Source: Eledone cirrhosa (lineage: Eukaryota). From it: DNA of 64,000 bases. The stretch lies in contig OZ024747.1 of NCBI GenBank assembly GCA_964016885.1, positions 43,648,001 through 43,712,000 of the forward strand. The letters are read 5' to 3'. Below are positions 25,550 to 44,460 of this stretch, one piece after another. The stretch's first letter is position 1, and each line of letters opens with the position of its first letter. A program made the position numbers and the translations under genes. The notes under the pieces were generated by a model that saw nothing but the letters and a program-made list of their open reading frames with translations, was not told the origin of the DNA and searched no databases.

Positions 25550-25582
<33 letters not shown>

Positions 25583-25966
25583 TGTATATATGTGTATTTA
25601 TGTATTAATTTGTGTATGTGTGTATTTATGTATGGGGAAGTTATCATCATTTCTATATCATTATATAATTTTTTTTAGCTTACAAAGAAATATGTATATT
25701 TGGCAAGTTTACATGTCTGTATAGTAAAAATGTGTAAATTTATATTTACATTTACACAGTCTCAGTTACCGCTAACTTTAACATATACTTTGGTTGTTTA
25801 GCACACAACTTTATATGTATGTGCATGTCTGTGTGTGTAAACATCCAGTTGACTTAAAAGCATTGGAAAATTTGAAGTCTGAAAATATAGTTGCCCAAAT
25901 GCAGATAACTGAGTGCTCATCTAACCCATGCCAGCATGGAAAAAAATGGATGTTAAACGATGATGA

Positions 25967-30553
<4,587 letters not shown>

Positions 30554-30571
30554 CTATATATAAATATGTAT

Positions 30572-30960
30572 GGAGGCACGTGGCTTAGTAGTTAGAGCAT
30601 TGGCCTTGCAATCGAAAGGCTATGAGTTCAATTCTCAGACCGGGTGATGTGTTGTTTCCTTGAGCAAGACACTTTATTTCACATTGCTCCAGTTTACTCA
30701 GCTGTAGAAATGAGATGATAGGGACTGAGGTCCCCTTTAATCCACTACAAATTGGTCGAGGAGGTGCCACGGCAAAAAAGCACCCAGCCGACACTGTAAA
30801 GTGGATGTGTAGGCGCCGCAGAAAATAAAGCACACAGCACTCACTGTATATGAGGTTGATGTTAGGAAGTGCATCCAGCTGTAGAAATCAAGCCAGAATC
30901 AGTTTCCGTCCCACCCTTGCAAGCAAGGAAAAGCGGACGTAAAATGAAGATGATGATGAT
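30572..30960 (+). mobile_element. SINE family 1, full length with internal partial duplication
   Basis: A/B boxes, core and (GAT)n tail. Confidence 0.85.
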
Positions 30961-30965
30961 ATATA

Positions 30966-31861
30966 CGAGGGCAATCCCAAAAGTAAGGTTTCCAAAGCGA
31001 TGGGGACACAGAGAAACTGTTCGTACAGCTGTTGGCAACACTGTTGTGATTGGTGCTTCCTTCACTCCCAAACAAGCATACGCACGTTTCGCTGGGATTC
31101 TCAATCTTGGCTTGGCAGCCGTTGAGAATGGAGCTCCCGTTGAACACTACTGCCAAGTCCAAAGTTTGCGCAGTTATTCGGTTTCTGAACGCAAAAGGCA
31201 TTGAACCGATTGAAATTCATCGCCAATTGACTAAGTGTATGGACAGTCGTGCATGGATGTCAAAAACGTTCGCAAGTGGTGTAGAGAGTTTACAGCCGGT
31301 CGTACTGAAATTCACAAAGGAGTGGGAGACCGTCAATTTCCAATGAGACAGTCGCAATTTTTCCATTAAAATCCTGTGGGCGGTGCTTCGGGAAACCTCA
31401 GGAACCAAAATGCAGAGAGCATCCAGAGTGATCCGCCGATCTTTACATGTTTTCCTCAATCTTTGCGACTGTCTTGTCGTAAATTGACGGTCTCCCACTC
31501 CTTTGTCTGTCGTGAATTTCAGTACGACCGGCTGTAAACTCTCTACACCACTTACGAATGTTTTTGACATCCATGCACGACTCTCCATATACTTCCGTCA
31601 ATTGGTGATGAATTTCAATCGGTTCAATGCCTTTTGCGTTCAGAAACCGAATAACTGCGCGAACTTTGCACTTGGCGGTAGTGTTCAATGGGAGCTCCAT
31701 TCTCAACGGCTGCCAAGCCAAGATTGAGTATCCCAGCTAAGCGCGCGCATGCTTGTTTGGGAGTGAAGGAAGCACCAATCACAACAGTGTTGCCAACAGC
31801 CATACAAACAGTTTCTCTGTGTCCCCATCGCTTTGGAGACCTTACTTTTGAGATTGCCCTC

Positions 31862-31862
<1 letters not shown>
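30966..31862. mobile_element. Mariner derivative made of two inverted 5' ends
   Basis: TA-CGAGGGCAATC termini; both ends encode the transposase N-terminus (RAVIRFL..EIHHQL.EVYG..KWCREF..RSGRP) pointing inward. Confidence 0.85.
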
Positions 31863-31911
<49 letters not shown>

Positions 31912-32106
31912 ATATATGGTTAATCGCTGAGAGAAAAAAGTATTCACTATCAAAGTAGAGTTTTAATATTCATTTTATTAAAACTAAATAGTGAGTCTTG
32001 TCACGCTGGAATTTCGCCTGTTTACAACGGGGTCATCTGTATACCCCTAAAACACCCTACAACTCCCTCATGTGTTATAGAACTATGCATGCATGCCATG
32101 CATATA

Positions 32107-32290
32107 CAGTGAAATTCCGTTATAATGAAATTCACGGGTATAAAAAAATTGTTGTAACAAGAAATTCTTTATAACGAGATCGATTGAAACACATTGAGTG
32201 TTTGTTTGTTGTTACCTTGGAGATTGAAAAAAATGTTGTTATACTGAAAAATTTGTTATAATGGTATTTGATATAACAGAATTTTGCCTG
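32107..32290. mobile_element. pogo/Tigger-like MITE
   Basis: TA-CAGTGAAATTCCGTTATA ... TATAACAGAATTTTGCCTG-TA imperfect TIRs. Confidence 0.6.
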
Positions 32291-32299
32291 TATGTATAT

Positions 32300-32490
32300 A
32301 GGGCGGGTAAAATTCCCGATATCCATGGACGAGTTCTCTCTAGCGGTCTCTGTTCCTCATTATCACTGTCTGTCCTTAGGGCATCAACATATGTTAAACT
32401 CGGTCTTCCTCTTCCAGTGTGTCCGTGCAGGGGCTCCCACAGGAGCACTGAGTGCAATGTCAACTCTGGATGTCGGTGAGCATGTCAAGC
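32300..32490 (-). pseudogene. RTE-group LINE extreme 3' coding fragment (different family)
   Basis: HPELTLHSVLLWEPLHGHTGRGRPSLTYVDAL. Confidence 0.6.
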
Positions 32491-32749
32491 TAACCTCAGT
32501 CTCCTCTGTGTCACTCTCGAGCTGACTTTTGGAAGACTCCTGTACACCTCTGAGTTCTTCATCCTCAGTGTATACTGATTAATGTTCAGAGCCATCCTCA
32601 GCATTCTCGTGTAGCACCCATCCACCATCTGAGTGAGTTTCTTGGTCAGTGTCCAAGTCTCAGACCCGTTAAATAATTACCTTATTCGAGTGGCGCTGGT
32701 AAGGTATTGTCAGCCATTGAAAAGAAAAAATATATATATATATATATAT

Positions 32750-33052
32750 TTGCAATTGAAATGTTGTGAGTTCAATTCTCAGACCGGGTGATGTGTTGTT
32801 TCCTTGGGCAAGACACTTTATTCCACATTGCTCCAGTTTACTCAGCTGTAGAAATGAGATGATAGGAACTGGGGTCCCTATCATTCCACTGCAAAGTGGT
32901 TGTGGAGGTCCCACGGCAAAAAAAGCACCCAGCACTCACTATAAATGAGGTTGGTGTTAGGAAGGGCATCCAGCTGTAGAAATCAAGCCAGAATCAGTTC
33001 CCGTCCCACCCTTGCAAGCAGGGAAAAGTGGACGTAAAATGATGATGATGAT
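32750..33052 (+). mobile_element. SINE family 1, 5'-truncated
   Basis: Matches other copies from TTGCAAT onward. Confidence 0.85.
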
Positions 33053-33057
33053 GAATG

Positions 33058-33583
33058 AATGATGGTGCTTCAAAACGTTCGTGGAAAAAAGACAGTTGGA
33101 GAAAACATTTAAGTTATGATGTCTATTTTTCAACATATACTCCATCTGGATCAAGCATTGATACCAGCCTTTTAGTCCACCCGTGTAAAATTGAGGGTCT
33201 CTGCAATTTAACCCATGTCAAAGCAGCTTTTTCTTCAACTGGGGATCATCTTCAACCTCATCTCTTCCCTTTCTAAAACGACTTATTTATTTGTATGTTG
33301 TTGATTTCTTTAGGGCATTGTCCCCATAAACTTGCTCCAGTGCATCAATGATTTGGCTGCCCTTCCACCCACCCTAATTTGATATTTTGATGAAGACCAT
33401 TTTCTGCTCGAGCGGGTGCTGACTTCCGACTGGCAGCGTCGCGTTGCAACATGCATTTAAGGTCTCATGTTAGAACATGTTATGACACGTTAATACGAGA
33501 ACATACAGGTGCACTGAGATCAAAATCCCTGCATATGATTTTTAGCTATGTACTTTTTCCACGAATTTTTCAAAGCCTCCACA
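33058..33583 (-). mobile_element. Internally deleted mariner element
   Basis: Minus-strand remnants IIDALEQVYGDNALKKSTTYK..RFRKGRDEVEDDP joined to C-terminal ..DGVYVEK*; imperfect TIRs (TTCGTGGAAAA / TTTTCCACGAA). Confidence 0.7.
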
Positions 33584-33795
33584 TATATGCAAACATAGAT
33601 ATCATCTTTTTTATATAGCGTCCCTTTGTATACATACATACATTCATACACACACACACACACACACATACATACAACGGGCATCTGCATACTTCCTGTC
33701 TGCCAAATTCCACAAGCTGTTTGCTTAGCAAACTTTTTAACTGCACGCCCTATGCCTGGCACTTGCTCCTATCCTCCATTATCTGTTAGTCTCTT

Positions 33796-33983
33796 GGCGG
33801 TGGGTTGGCAGTATCGGTAGAGGGTCGGACGCCATGCTTTCCAGCATAGTTACGTCCCTTTGCGATCTGAGTTCAAATCCTGCCGAGGTTGACTTTGCCT
33901 TTCATCCTTACGGGGTCGATAAAATAAAGTACCAGTAATGCAATGGGTAATTGCTGGCCTTGTGCCTAAAGTAGAAACAATTA
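33796..33983 (+). mobile_element. SINE family 2 (Nin-domain-like), full length
   Basis: GGCGGTGGGTTGGCAGTATCGG A box, GAGTTCAAATCC B box, GCCTTTCATCCTTACGGGGTCGATAAAATAAAGTACCAG; flanked by direct repeat ATTATCTGTTAGTCTCTTG. Confidence 0.82.
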
Positions 33984-34159
33984 TCTGTTAGTCTCTTGTT
34001 AGCAAGTTCCTTTTAAAAATGGGTACCGAACCTTTTAAATTGAATGTTGTTCAAATGCACACTTCTTCATTATTTTCTCCTCCATCGATGTCTGCTTGAA
34101 ATATCGCCAACACATTAAATCAATAGAATATTTTTTGACAATTTACAGCTTTTGGGTTT

Positions 34160-34911
34160 TGTTGTTATTGTTGCTGCTGTTGTTGTATTGATGTTGATAT
34201 CACTGTTGCTGTTGCTGGTGTTGTTGTTATCAATGTTGATATCGCTGTTGCTGTTGTTATTGTTGCTGCTGTTGTTGTTGTTGATGTTGATATCGCTGTT
34301 GCTGTTGCTGCTGTTGTTGTTGTTGTTGCTGTTGTTGTTGTTGCTGCTGTTGTTGTTGTTATTGATGTTGATATCGCTGTTGCTGTTGTTATTGTTGCTG
34401 CTGTTGTTGTTGTTGTTGCTGTTGTTGTTGTTGCTGTTGTTGTTGTTATTGATGTTGATATCGCTGTTGCTGTTGTTATTGTTGCTGCTGTTGTTGTTGT
34501 TGCTGTTGTTGTTGTTGCTGTTGTTGTTGTTATTGATGTTGATATCGCTGTTGTTATTGTTGCTGCTGTTGTTGTTGTTGTTGCTGTTGTTGTTGTTGTT
34601 GTTGTTGTTGTTATTGATGTTGATATTGCTGTTGCTGTTGTTATTGTTGCTGCTGTTGTTGTTATTGATGTTGATATTGCTGTTGTTGTTGTTGCTGCTG
34701 TTGTTGATGTTGATATCACTGTTGCTGTTGTTATTGTTGTTGCTGTAGTTATTGTTGTTGTTGTTATTGTTATTGTTGTTGTTGTTGCTGCTGCTGCTAT
34801 TGTTGATGTTGCTGCTGTTGTTATTGTTGTTGTTGTTGTTATTGTTGTTGTTGTTGTTGTTGTGGTTGCTGCTGCTGCTATTGTTGATGTTGCTGCTGCT
34901 GCTATTGTTGA

Positions 34912-34957
<46 letters not shown>

Positions 34958-35018
34958 ATTGTTGTTGTTGCTGCTATTGTTGATGTTGCTGCTGTTGTTG
35001 TTGATATTGCTGCTGTTG

Positions 35019-35050
<32 letters not shown>

Positions 35051-35140
35051 GGTGGTGGTGGTGATGTTGCTGCTGCTGCTGCTGCTGTTGTTGTTGTTGT
35101 TATTGTTGCTGTTGCTGCCGGTGGTACTGCTGTTGTTGTT
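34160..35140. repeat. (GTT/GCT/GAT)n triplet tract with higher-order units
   Basis: Direct; recurring GATGTTGATATCGCTGTTGCTG anchor. Confidence 0.92.
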
Positions 35141-35969
35141 GTTTTTATTTTATATTTCCACTGTATTAATAAATTATTTTGTTTTAATTTATTCTAATTT
35201 ATTTTAATAAATAGTGATTTAAATTCTGGAAAGAAAGAAAGAGAGGAAGAAGGCAAAGAAAAGGAAGAGGGAAAGAGAGAAGGATTGAAAGAGAGAAAGG
35301 AAAAGGAAAGTAAAGAAATGTATATAGAAGCAAAGAAGAAAAGCGAAAACAGAGAAAAAGAAGGAGGGAAGGAAAGAAAGGGAAAAAGACAGAAAGAAAG
35401 ATTAAATAACAAAAATAAAGGAAAAATGAAAAATAGTAGAAAGTTCAATGAATTTTAATTAAAATTTCAATTTTGAAATATAACTTCTTGAAAAATAAAA
35501 TAAAAATTAATTAAAAATTACAGAAAAAGAAACAGAAGACAGAAGACTGGAGATGTTTTGGTTGTTGTGGACTAATTATATTTGTTGTTTTTGTATCATT
35601 TAGTGTAAGTATGTGTGTGTATGTGTATGTATGTGTGTGTGTCTGTGTGTGTATGTATGTGTGTGTCTGTGTGTGTATGTAAGTCTGTCTCTGTGTGTAT
35701 ATGTATGTGTGTATGAATATATAAATGTATATAGAGAGAGAGATGGAGAGAGAGAGAGAGAGAGAACTAGGGAGAGAGAGAGAAGGAGAGAGAGAGAACT
35801 AGGGAGAGGGAGACAGAGAAAGAGAGAGAGGGGGAAGCAAGAGAGGTGCACATCAGTATGTATGTGTGTACAGAAGTGGATATAGTGGAGTCTTGAAAAT
35901 AATACTTTCAGAGACAAGTCCTTCATAAAATTTGGAGAAATCATATAAAGAACACAATTATAATCAAAA

Positions 35970-38900
35970 TTATCACTATAACCACCACCACTATCACTAT
36001 AACCACCACTATCACTATAACCACCACTATCACTATAACCACCACCACTATCACTATAACCACCACCACTATCACTATAACCACCACTATCACTATAACC
36101 ACCACCACTATCACTATAACCACCACCACTATCACTATAACCCCCACCACTATCACTATAACCACCACTATCACTATAACCACCACCACTATCACTATAA
36201 CCACCACTATCACTATAACCACCACTATCACTATAACCACCACCACTATCACTATAACCACCACCACTATCACTATAACCACCACCACTATCACTATAAC
36301 CACCACTATCACTATAACCACCACTACTATCACTATAACCACCACCACTATCACTATAACCACCACTATCACTATAACCACCACTACTATCACTATAACC
36401 ACCACCACTATCACTATAACCACCACTATCACTATAACCACCACCACTATCACTATAACCACCACTATCACTATAACCACCACTATCACTATAACCACCA
36501 CTATCACTATAACCACCACTATCACTATAACCACCACTATCACTATAACCACCACTATCATTATAACCACCACTATCACTATAACCACCACTATCACTAT
36601 AACCACCACTATCACTATAACCACCACTATCACTATAACCACCACTACTATCACTATAACCACCACTATCACTATAACCACCACTATCACTATAACCACC
36701 ACCACTATCACTATAACCACCACTATCACTATAACCACCACTATCACTATAACCACCACTATCACTATAACCACCACTATCACTATAACCACCACTATCA
36801 TTATAACCACCACTATCACTATAACCACCACCACTATCACTATAACCACCACTATCACTATAACCACCACTATCACTATAACCACCACCACTATCACTAT
36901 AACCACCACCACTATCACTATAACCACCACCACTATCACTATAACCACCACTATCACTATAACCACCACTACTATCACTATAACCACCACCACTATCACT
37001 ATAACCACCACTACTATCACTATAACCACCACCACTATCACTATAACCACCACTATCACTATAACCGCCACCACTATCACTATAACCACCACTATCACTA
37101 TAACCACCACCACTATCACTATAACCACCACCACTATCACTATAACCACCACCACTATCACTATAACAACCACTATCACTATAACCACCACTACTATCAC
37201 TATAACCACCACCACTATCACTATAACCACCACTATCACTATAACCACCACTACTATCACTATAACCACCACCACTATCACTATAACCACCACCACTATC
37301 ACTATAACCACCACTATCACTATAACCACCACCACTATCACTATAACCACCACCACTATCACTATAACCACCACTATCACTATAACCACCACTATCACTA
37401 TAACCACCACTATCACTATAACCACACACCACTATCACTATAACCACCACCACTATCACTATAACCACCACTATCACTATAACCACCACTATCACTATAA
37501 CCACCACTATCACTATAACCCACACCACTATCACTATAACCACCACCACTATCACTATAACCCCCACCACTATCACTATAACCACCACTATCACTATAAC
37601 CACCACCACTATCACTATAACCACCACTATCACTATAACCACCACTATCACTATAACCACCACTATCACTATAACCACCACCACTATCACTATAACCACC
37701 ACCACTATCACTATAACCACCACTATCACTATAACCACCACTATCACTATAACCACCACTATCACTATAACCACCACCACTATCACTATAACCACCACTA
37801 TCACTATAACCACCACTATCACTATAACCACCACTATCACTATAACCACCACCACTATCACTATAACCACCACCACTATCACTATAACCACCACTATCAC
37901 TATAACCACCACTATCACTATAACCACCACTATCACTATAACCCACACCACTATCACTATAACCACCACCACTATCACTATAACCCCCACCACTATCACT
38001 ATAACCACCACTATCACTATAACCACCACCACTATCACTATAACCACCACTATCATTATAACCACCACTATCACTATAACCACCACTATCATTATAACCA
38101 CCACTATCACTATAACCACCACCACTATCACTATAACCACCACTATCACTATAACCACCACTATCACTATAACCACCACTATCACTATAACCCCCACCAC
38201 TATCACTATAACCACCACCACTATCACTATAACCACCACCACTATCACTATAACCACGACCACTATCACTATAACCACCACTATCACTATAACCACCACT
38301 ATCACTATAACCACCACCACTATCACTATAACCACCACCACTATCACTATAACCACCACCACTATCACTATAACCACCACTATCACTATAACCACCACCA
38401 CTATCACTATAACCACCACCACTATCACTATAACCACCACCACTATCACTATAACCACCACTATCACTATAACCACCACCACTATCACTATAACCCCCAC
38501 CACTATCACTATAACCACCACCACTATCACTATAACCCCCACCACTATCACTATAACCCCCACCACTATCACTATAACCACCACTATCACTATAACCACC
38601 ACCACTATCACTATAACCACCACCACTATCACTATAACCACCACCACTATCACTATAACCCCCACCACTATCACTATAACCCCCACCACTATCACTATAA
38701 CCACCACTATCACTATAACCACCACCACTATCACTATAACCCCCACCACTATCACTATAACCCCCACCACTATCACTATAACCACCACTATCACTATAAC
38801 CACCACCACTATCACTATAACTACCACCACTATCACTATAACCCCCACCACTATCACTATAACCACCACCACTATCACTATAACCCCCACCACTATCACT

Positions 38901-40780
38901 ATAACCACCACTATCACTATAACCACCACCACTATCACTATAACCACCACCACTATCACTATAACCACCACCACTATCACTATAACCCCCACCACTATCA
39001 CTATAACCCCCACCACTATCACTATAACCACCACCACTATCACTATAACCACCACTATCACTATAACCCCCACCACTATCACTATAACCACCACCACTAT
39101 CACTATAACCCCCACCACTATCACTATAACCACCACCACTATCACTATAACCACCACTATCACTATAACCACCACTATCACTATAACCACCACCACTATC
39201 ACTATAACAACCACCACTATCACTATAACCACCACTATCACTATAACCACCACTATCACTATAACCACCACCACAATCACTATAACCCCCACCACTATCA
39301 CTATAACCACCACTATCACTATAACCACCACCACAATCACTATAACCACCACCACTATCACTATAACCACCACTATCACTATAACCACCACTATCACTAT
39401 AACCACCACCACTATCACTATAACCACCACTATCACTATAACCACCACCACTATCACTATAACCACCACTATCACTATAACCACTACTATCACTATAACC
39501 ACCACTATCACTATAACCACCACCACTATCACTATAACCACCACCACTATCACTATAACTACCACCACTATCACTATAACCACCACCACTATCACTATAA
39601 CCACCACTATCACTATAACCACTACTATCACTATAACCACCACTATCACTATAACCACCACCACTATCACTATAACCACCACCACTATCACTATAACCAC
39701 CACTATCACTATAACCACCACTATCACTATAACCACCACCACTATCACTATAACAACCACCACTATCACTATAACCACCACTATCACTATAACCACCACT
39801 ATCACTATAACCACCACCACAATCACTATAACCCCCACCACTATCACTATAACCACCACTATCACTATAACCACCACCACAATCACTATAACCACCACCA
39901 CTATCACTATAACCACCACTATCACTATAACCACCACCACAATCACTATAACCACCACCACTATCACTATAACCACCACTATCACTATAACCACCACCAC
40001 TATCACTATAACCACCACCACTATCACTATAACTACCACCACTATCACTATAACCACCACCACTATCACTATAACCACCACTATCACTATAACCACCACT
40101 ATCACTATAACCACCACCACAATCACTATAACCCCCACCACTATCACTATAACCACCACTATCACTATAACCACCACCACAATCACTATAACCACCACCA
40201 CTATCACTATAACCACCACTATCACTATAACCACCACCACAATCACTATAACCCCCACCACTATCACTATAACCACCACTATCACTATAACCACCACCAC
40301 AATCACTATAACCCCCACCACTATCACTATAACCACCACTATCACTATAACCACCACCACAATCACTATAACCACCACCACTATCACTATAACCACCACT
40401 ATCACTATAACCACCACCACAATCACTATAACCACCACCACTATCACTATAACCACCACTATCACTATAACCACTACTATCACTATAACCACCACTATCA
40501 CTATAACCACCACTATCACTATAACCACCACCACTATCACTATAACCACCACTATCACTATAACCACCACCACTATCACTATAACCACCACTATCACTAT
40601 AACCACTACTATCACTATAACCACCACTATCACTATAACCACCACCACTATCACTATAACCACCACCACTATCACTATAACTACCACCACTATCACTATA
40701 ACCACCACCACTATCACTATAACCACCACCACTATCACTATAACCATCACCACTACTACTATTTCCACCACCATCACTAC
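35970..40780. repeat. 4.8-kb satellite of 18/21-bp units ACTATCACTATAACCACC(ACC)
   Basis: Direct; highly homogeneous, with variants clustered in blocks. Confidence 0.97.
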
Positions 40781-41289
40781 TATTTCTTGATATAGCCTTC
40801 GAAACGGATTGAGCTCAGCCGTTGGGGGTCATACATTTTCCTATTACCCACTCTACTACCCTAAGTATTGAGTACTCTGGTGCGTTATGGTCCATCTGGT
40901 TCCTTACCACAACTCCTTCGTTATATATATATAACATATTAAATATATATATAACATATTAAATATATATATAACATATTAAATATATGTCAGACAGACT
41001 AAAAAGAGTTTAGTCTGTCTCACTTATATATCGATCTGCTTACCATGTTTTCATTTGCAAAAGACCAATATTTGAAGAAATCACAAATTTGACATGGGTG
41101 TATTCTTCAATTCCAAGAGACTATATTTAGCATGAAATTTTACATACCAGCTGCTGATCCAGCATGCTGTATAAAAACACATTGTGTAATTGAACTGTTA
41201 CATGAACAAATTTAGTTATCCCAACATAAATGACTGCAATAATAACATAAACAGCATTTGAGAAAATCAGGTTGAGTATCCTTGTAGAT

Positions 41290-41567
41290 CAGCGGTCACC
41301 AACTAGTGGTCTAAGAGAACATTTTGGTTGTTCTCAGAAAAATTTGGACATTATTTGATTAAAACAAAAATAATATTTTGTTAAAATATATTTTATAACC
41401 CTGCTAAAAATGTTTTAATAGGTACATTTCATATTAAGAAAATGGAGGTTCTTTGATCATTAATTTACAAATGTATTTATCTTTTTTAAAAATTCATATT
41501 AGTGGTCCGTGGGATTTAGAATTATGAATTTAGTGGTCCATGAGGTTCGAAAGGTTGGCAACCACTG
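41290..41567. mobile_element. hAT (Charlie-like) MITE
   Basis: CAGCGGTCACCAAC / GTTGGCAACCACTG termini; 8-bp TSD TTGTAGAT/ATGTAGAT. Confidence 0.75.
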
Positions 41568-42438
41568 ATGTAGATTCCAAAAAGTCGAGAGAGGCATACC
41601 TGTATAGAACTGGGCCACACATCTCTTGGATGTTGGGTGTTAACTATTACACTAAAAGATCACTGGACACTGATTACTGTTTTTTGTTATGCTTTGCAGC
41701 ATAGAGTTATGAACCTTTACATTCTGAGTTCAAATCCTGCCGGAGTTAGCTTTGCCCTTCATACTTATGGGGTCAATTAAAATAAAGTACCAGTAATGCA
41801 CTGGAGTAGATTTAATCAACTTTCCCCTCCTCCCAAATTGCTGGCCTTGTGCTTATAGTAGAAATCATTATTTATATTTTTGAAATTTGGATCTCTGAAT
41901 TAAAAAGCTAATAAAAAATTCTAAATTAGCCGAACATTCTTTTCTTTTCCATACCTTATAAATTACAACCTCAATTTTTGATGTTTCATATTAATGCTAG
42001 GTTTTAGGTCTTTTACTTATTAATTAAAACCACAGTTTAATTTCTTATTAACAAAAGCTAATATTGCCATGGGTAACCTTTGACAAGACAGACAAATCTG
42101 TCTCGGAATCTATATGAAGACACAGTTGGAGTTATTGATCTGTTGCTGTAGTAATAATTGGTAAAATGCAATGTTGATGGTGGGTGGTGGTAGGCTTGGT
42201 AGTGGTAGTATTGTTGGTGTTGGTTGTGGTGGTGTTGGTGTTAGTGGTGGCGCTAGAGATGGCTGTGGTGTTGTACAATATTGAAACTAAACCAATATGC
42301 TATTCTCATTAATTGGAATGACCGTAATTAAACTTTAATATGATTCTACAGGTCAGAACATAGAGTGATGTGTTACTATAAGAGCGCTGAGTAGATTTAG
42401 ACTGTGTCATTATATGATCTATATACAATCTACGTTGG

Positions 42439-42501
<63 letters not shown>

Positions 42502-42548
42502 ATATATATATATGTGTGTGTGTGTGTGTGATCTACACTATTGTCATA

Positions 42549-42641
42549 CAGGGTGTCCCCAAAAAATGTATACGTATTTTAATTACCTGTACAGGCAATA
42601 TTTATTAGTGATATTGAAGTGCATATACATTTTTGGGGACA

Positions 42642-42645
<4 letters not shown>
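42549..42645. mobile_element. Tiny Tc1/mariner-type MITE
   Basis: TA-CAGGGTGTCCCCAAAAAATGTATA ... TATACATTTTTGGGGACA; relative at ~13553-13638. Confidence 0.65.
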
Positions 42646-42687
<42 letters not shown>

Positions 42688-42689
<2 letters not shown>

Positions 42690-43022
42690 TCATTTCATTT
42701 TACGTCCGCTTTTCCCTGCTTGCAAGGGTGGGACGGGAACTGATTCTGACTTGATTTCTACAGCTGGATGCCCTTCCTAACACCAACCTCATTTACAGTG
42801 AGTGCTGGGTGCTTTTTTTTATCGTGGCACCTCCACGACCACTTTGCAGTGGAATGATAGGGACCCCAGTCCCTATCATCTCATTTCTACAGCTGAGTAA
42901 ACTGGAGCAATGTGAAATAAAGTGTCTTGCTCAAGGAAACAACACATCACCCGGTCTGAGAATTGAACTCACAACCTTTCGATTGCAAGGCCAATGCTCT
43001 AACCACTAAGCCATGTGCCTTC
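42688..43022 (-). mobile_element. SINE family 1, full length
   Basis: As 2883-3210. Confidence 0.85.
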
Positions 43023-43087
<65 letters not shown>

Positions 43088-43105
43088 CACACACACAAAC
43101 ACATA

Positions 43106-43207
<102 letters not shown>

Positions 43208-43226
43208 TATATAAATATATATATAA

Positions 43227-43259
<33 letters not shown>

Positions 43260-43570
43260 AATATATATACATATATATATAAATATATATATAAATATAT
43301 ATACACATATATATATATATATATATATATATGGGATAACAAGTTATCGTTATAGGTAATCCAGTTAGAGTACTCCGCGTCGTGGATAGTTTTAACGTAC
43401 GGCTTTGTTTGACTCAACAATATGTTTTCATAGTTATGCAGTGAGTTCGCGGTAATTTCTATGACACACCTGATCAATGAAACAATTGTCAGTACTTTAA
43501 ATAAACCCTTATTGTACAGCCAACCATGTTACTCTTCATTCTTTAACTATATATATATATATATATATAT

Positions 43571-44040
43571 AGTGGTAGAACACTGGAAGGTGATATTCGT
43601 AGTGGTAGAGTACTCAGTCCATGGGACGAGTTAGGTAGAAGTGGTTACACAACAGTTAGTTCACCATACCGAGAACAATTGTTTCACATTAGCAGATCCT
43701 CACCTCGTAATGGGCATGGTTATACGGAACAGGAAGGACAACTGTTGTCCTTCCTGTTCTGTATAACCATGCCCATTACGAGCTGAGGATCCGCTAAGGT
43801 GGAACAATTGTTCTCAGTATGGTGAACTAACTGTTGTGTAACCACTTCTATATATATATATATATATATATAAACGATGATGATGATGATATATATATAT
43901 ACACAAATAAGGATCTGAATAAGGTGAAACATTTGTTCTCGGTATGGTGAACTAACTGTTGTGGAACTACTTCTACCAAACCTGACCCATGGACTGAGTG
44001 CTCTATTACTATGGATATAATCCACCAGGGTTCTACTATT
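43571..44040. mobile_element. Hairpin element J (Naiad-like pLTR) plus adjacent solo pLTR end
   Basis: Palindrome centred at 43743 (arms 43636-43741 and 43745-43850), ~65-nt left tail; hammerhead CTGAGGA-TCC..GGT-GGAAC-AATT-GTT; matches 4588-4692. Confidence 0.8.
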
Positions 44041-44460
44041 ATATATATGGTTAGATACCATTAATAACAAAAAACAAATCCTCCATTCCCATTATGCCAA
44101 ACCCATGACTTCCAAATATCTGATCCACCGAAACTCAGCTGTTTCGGACCATACCAAAATCAACATACTGATTGCGGATTTGGTACGGGTGATGAGAAAC
44201 GTGTCCCGCATGTGCAACCCCGAAGAACTAGAGAGACACATACAACACTTCATCCACCGTATGCAGTTCTCTGGTTACAATCAGAGAGATAAAATCAGAG
44301 TGTATAGAGGAGCCAGAACCAAATGGGAAAAATGGTAAATAATGACACAAATGGGACCTGCTCCTTGTATAGGAGCAAATTTTAGAATAGAATAGAAAGA
44401 ACTAGGAACAAGGCCAATAGAATAAACTCATGGTATGATAGCAATAAATACCAGAGTGTA

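Noticed and set aside
30572-30645. tRNA gene (TTGCAAT anticodon-like loop)
   Set aside because: Head of a multi-copy SINE; acceptor and anticodon stems do not pair properly.
31990-32045. Minus-strand CAGATGA..GAAA hammerhead variant
   Set aside because: Stems I and III could not be formed convincingly by eye.
32490-32670. Acidic minus-strand peptide resembling a piggyBac N-terminus
   Set aside because: Composition-only similarity, internal stop, no TIR or TTAA pair identified.
35600-40777. 1725-aa ORF or CRISPR-like array
   Set aside because: Tandem satellite with no unique spacers and no cas genes; the ORF changes repeat frame mid-way.
43465-43495. Hammerhead CTGATCA-AT-GAAAC-AATT-GTC
   Set aside because: No stem II, mutated core and no convincing stem I; at most a decayed remnant.
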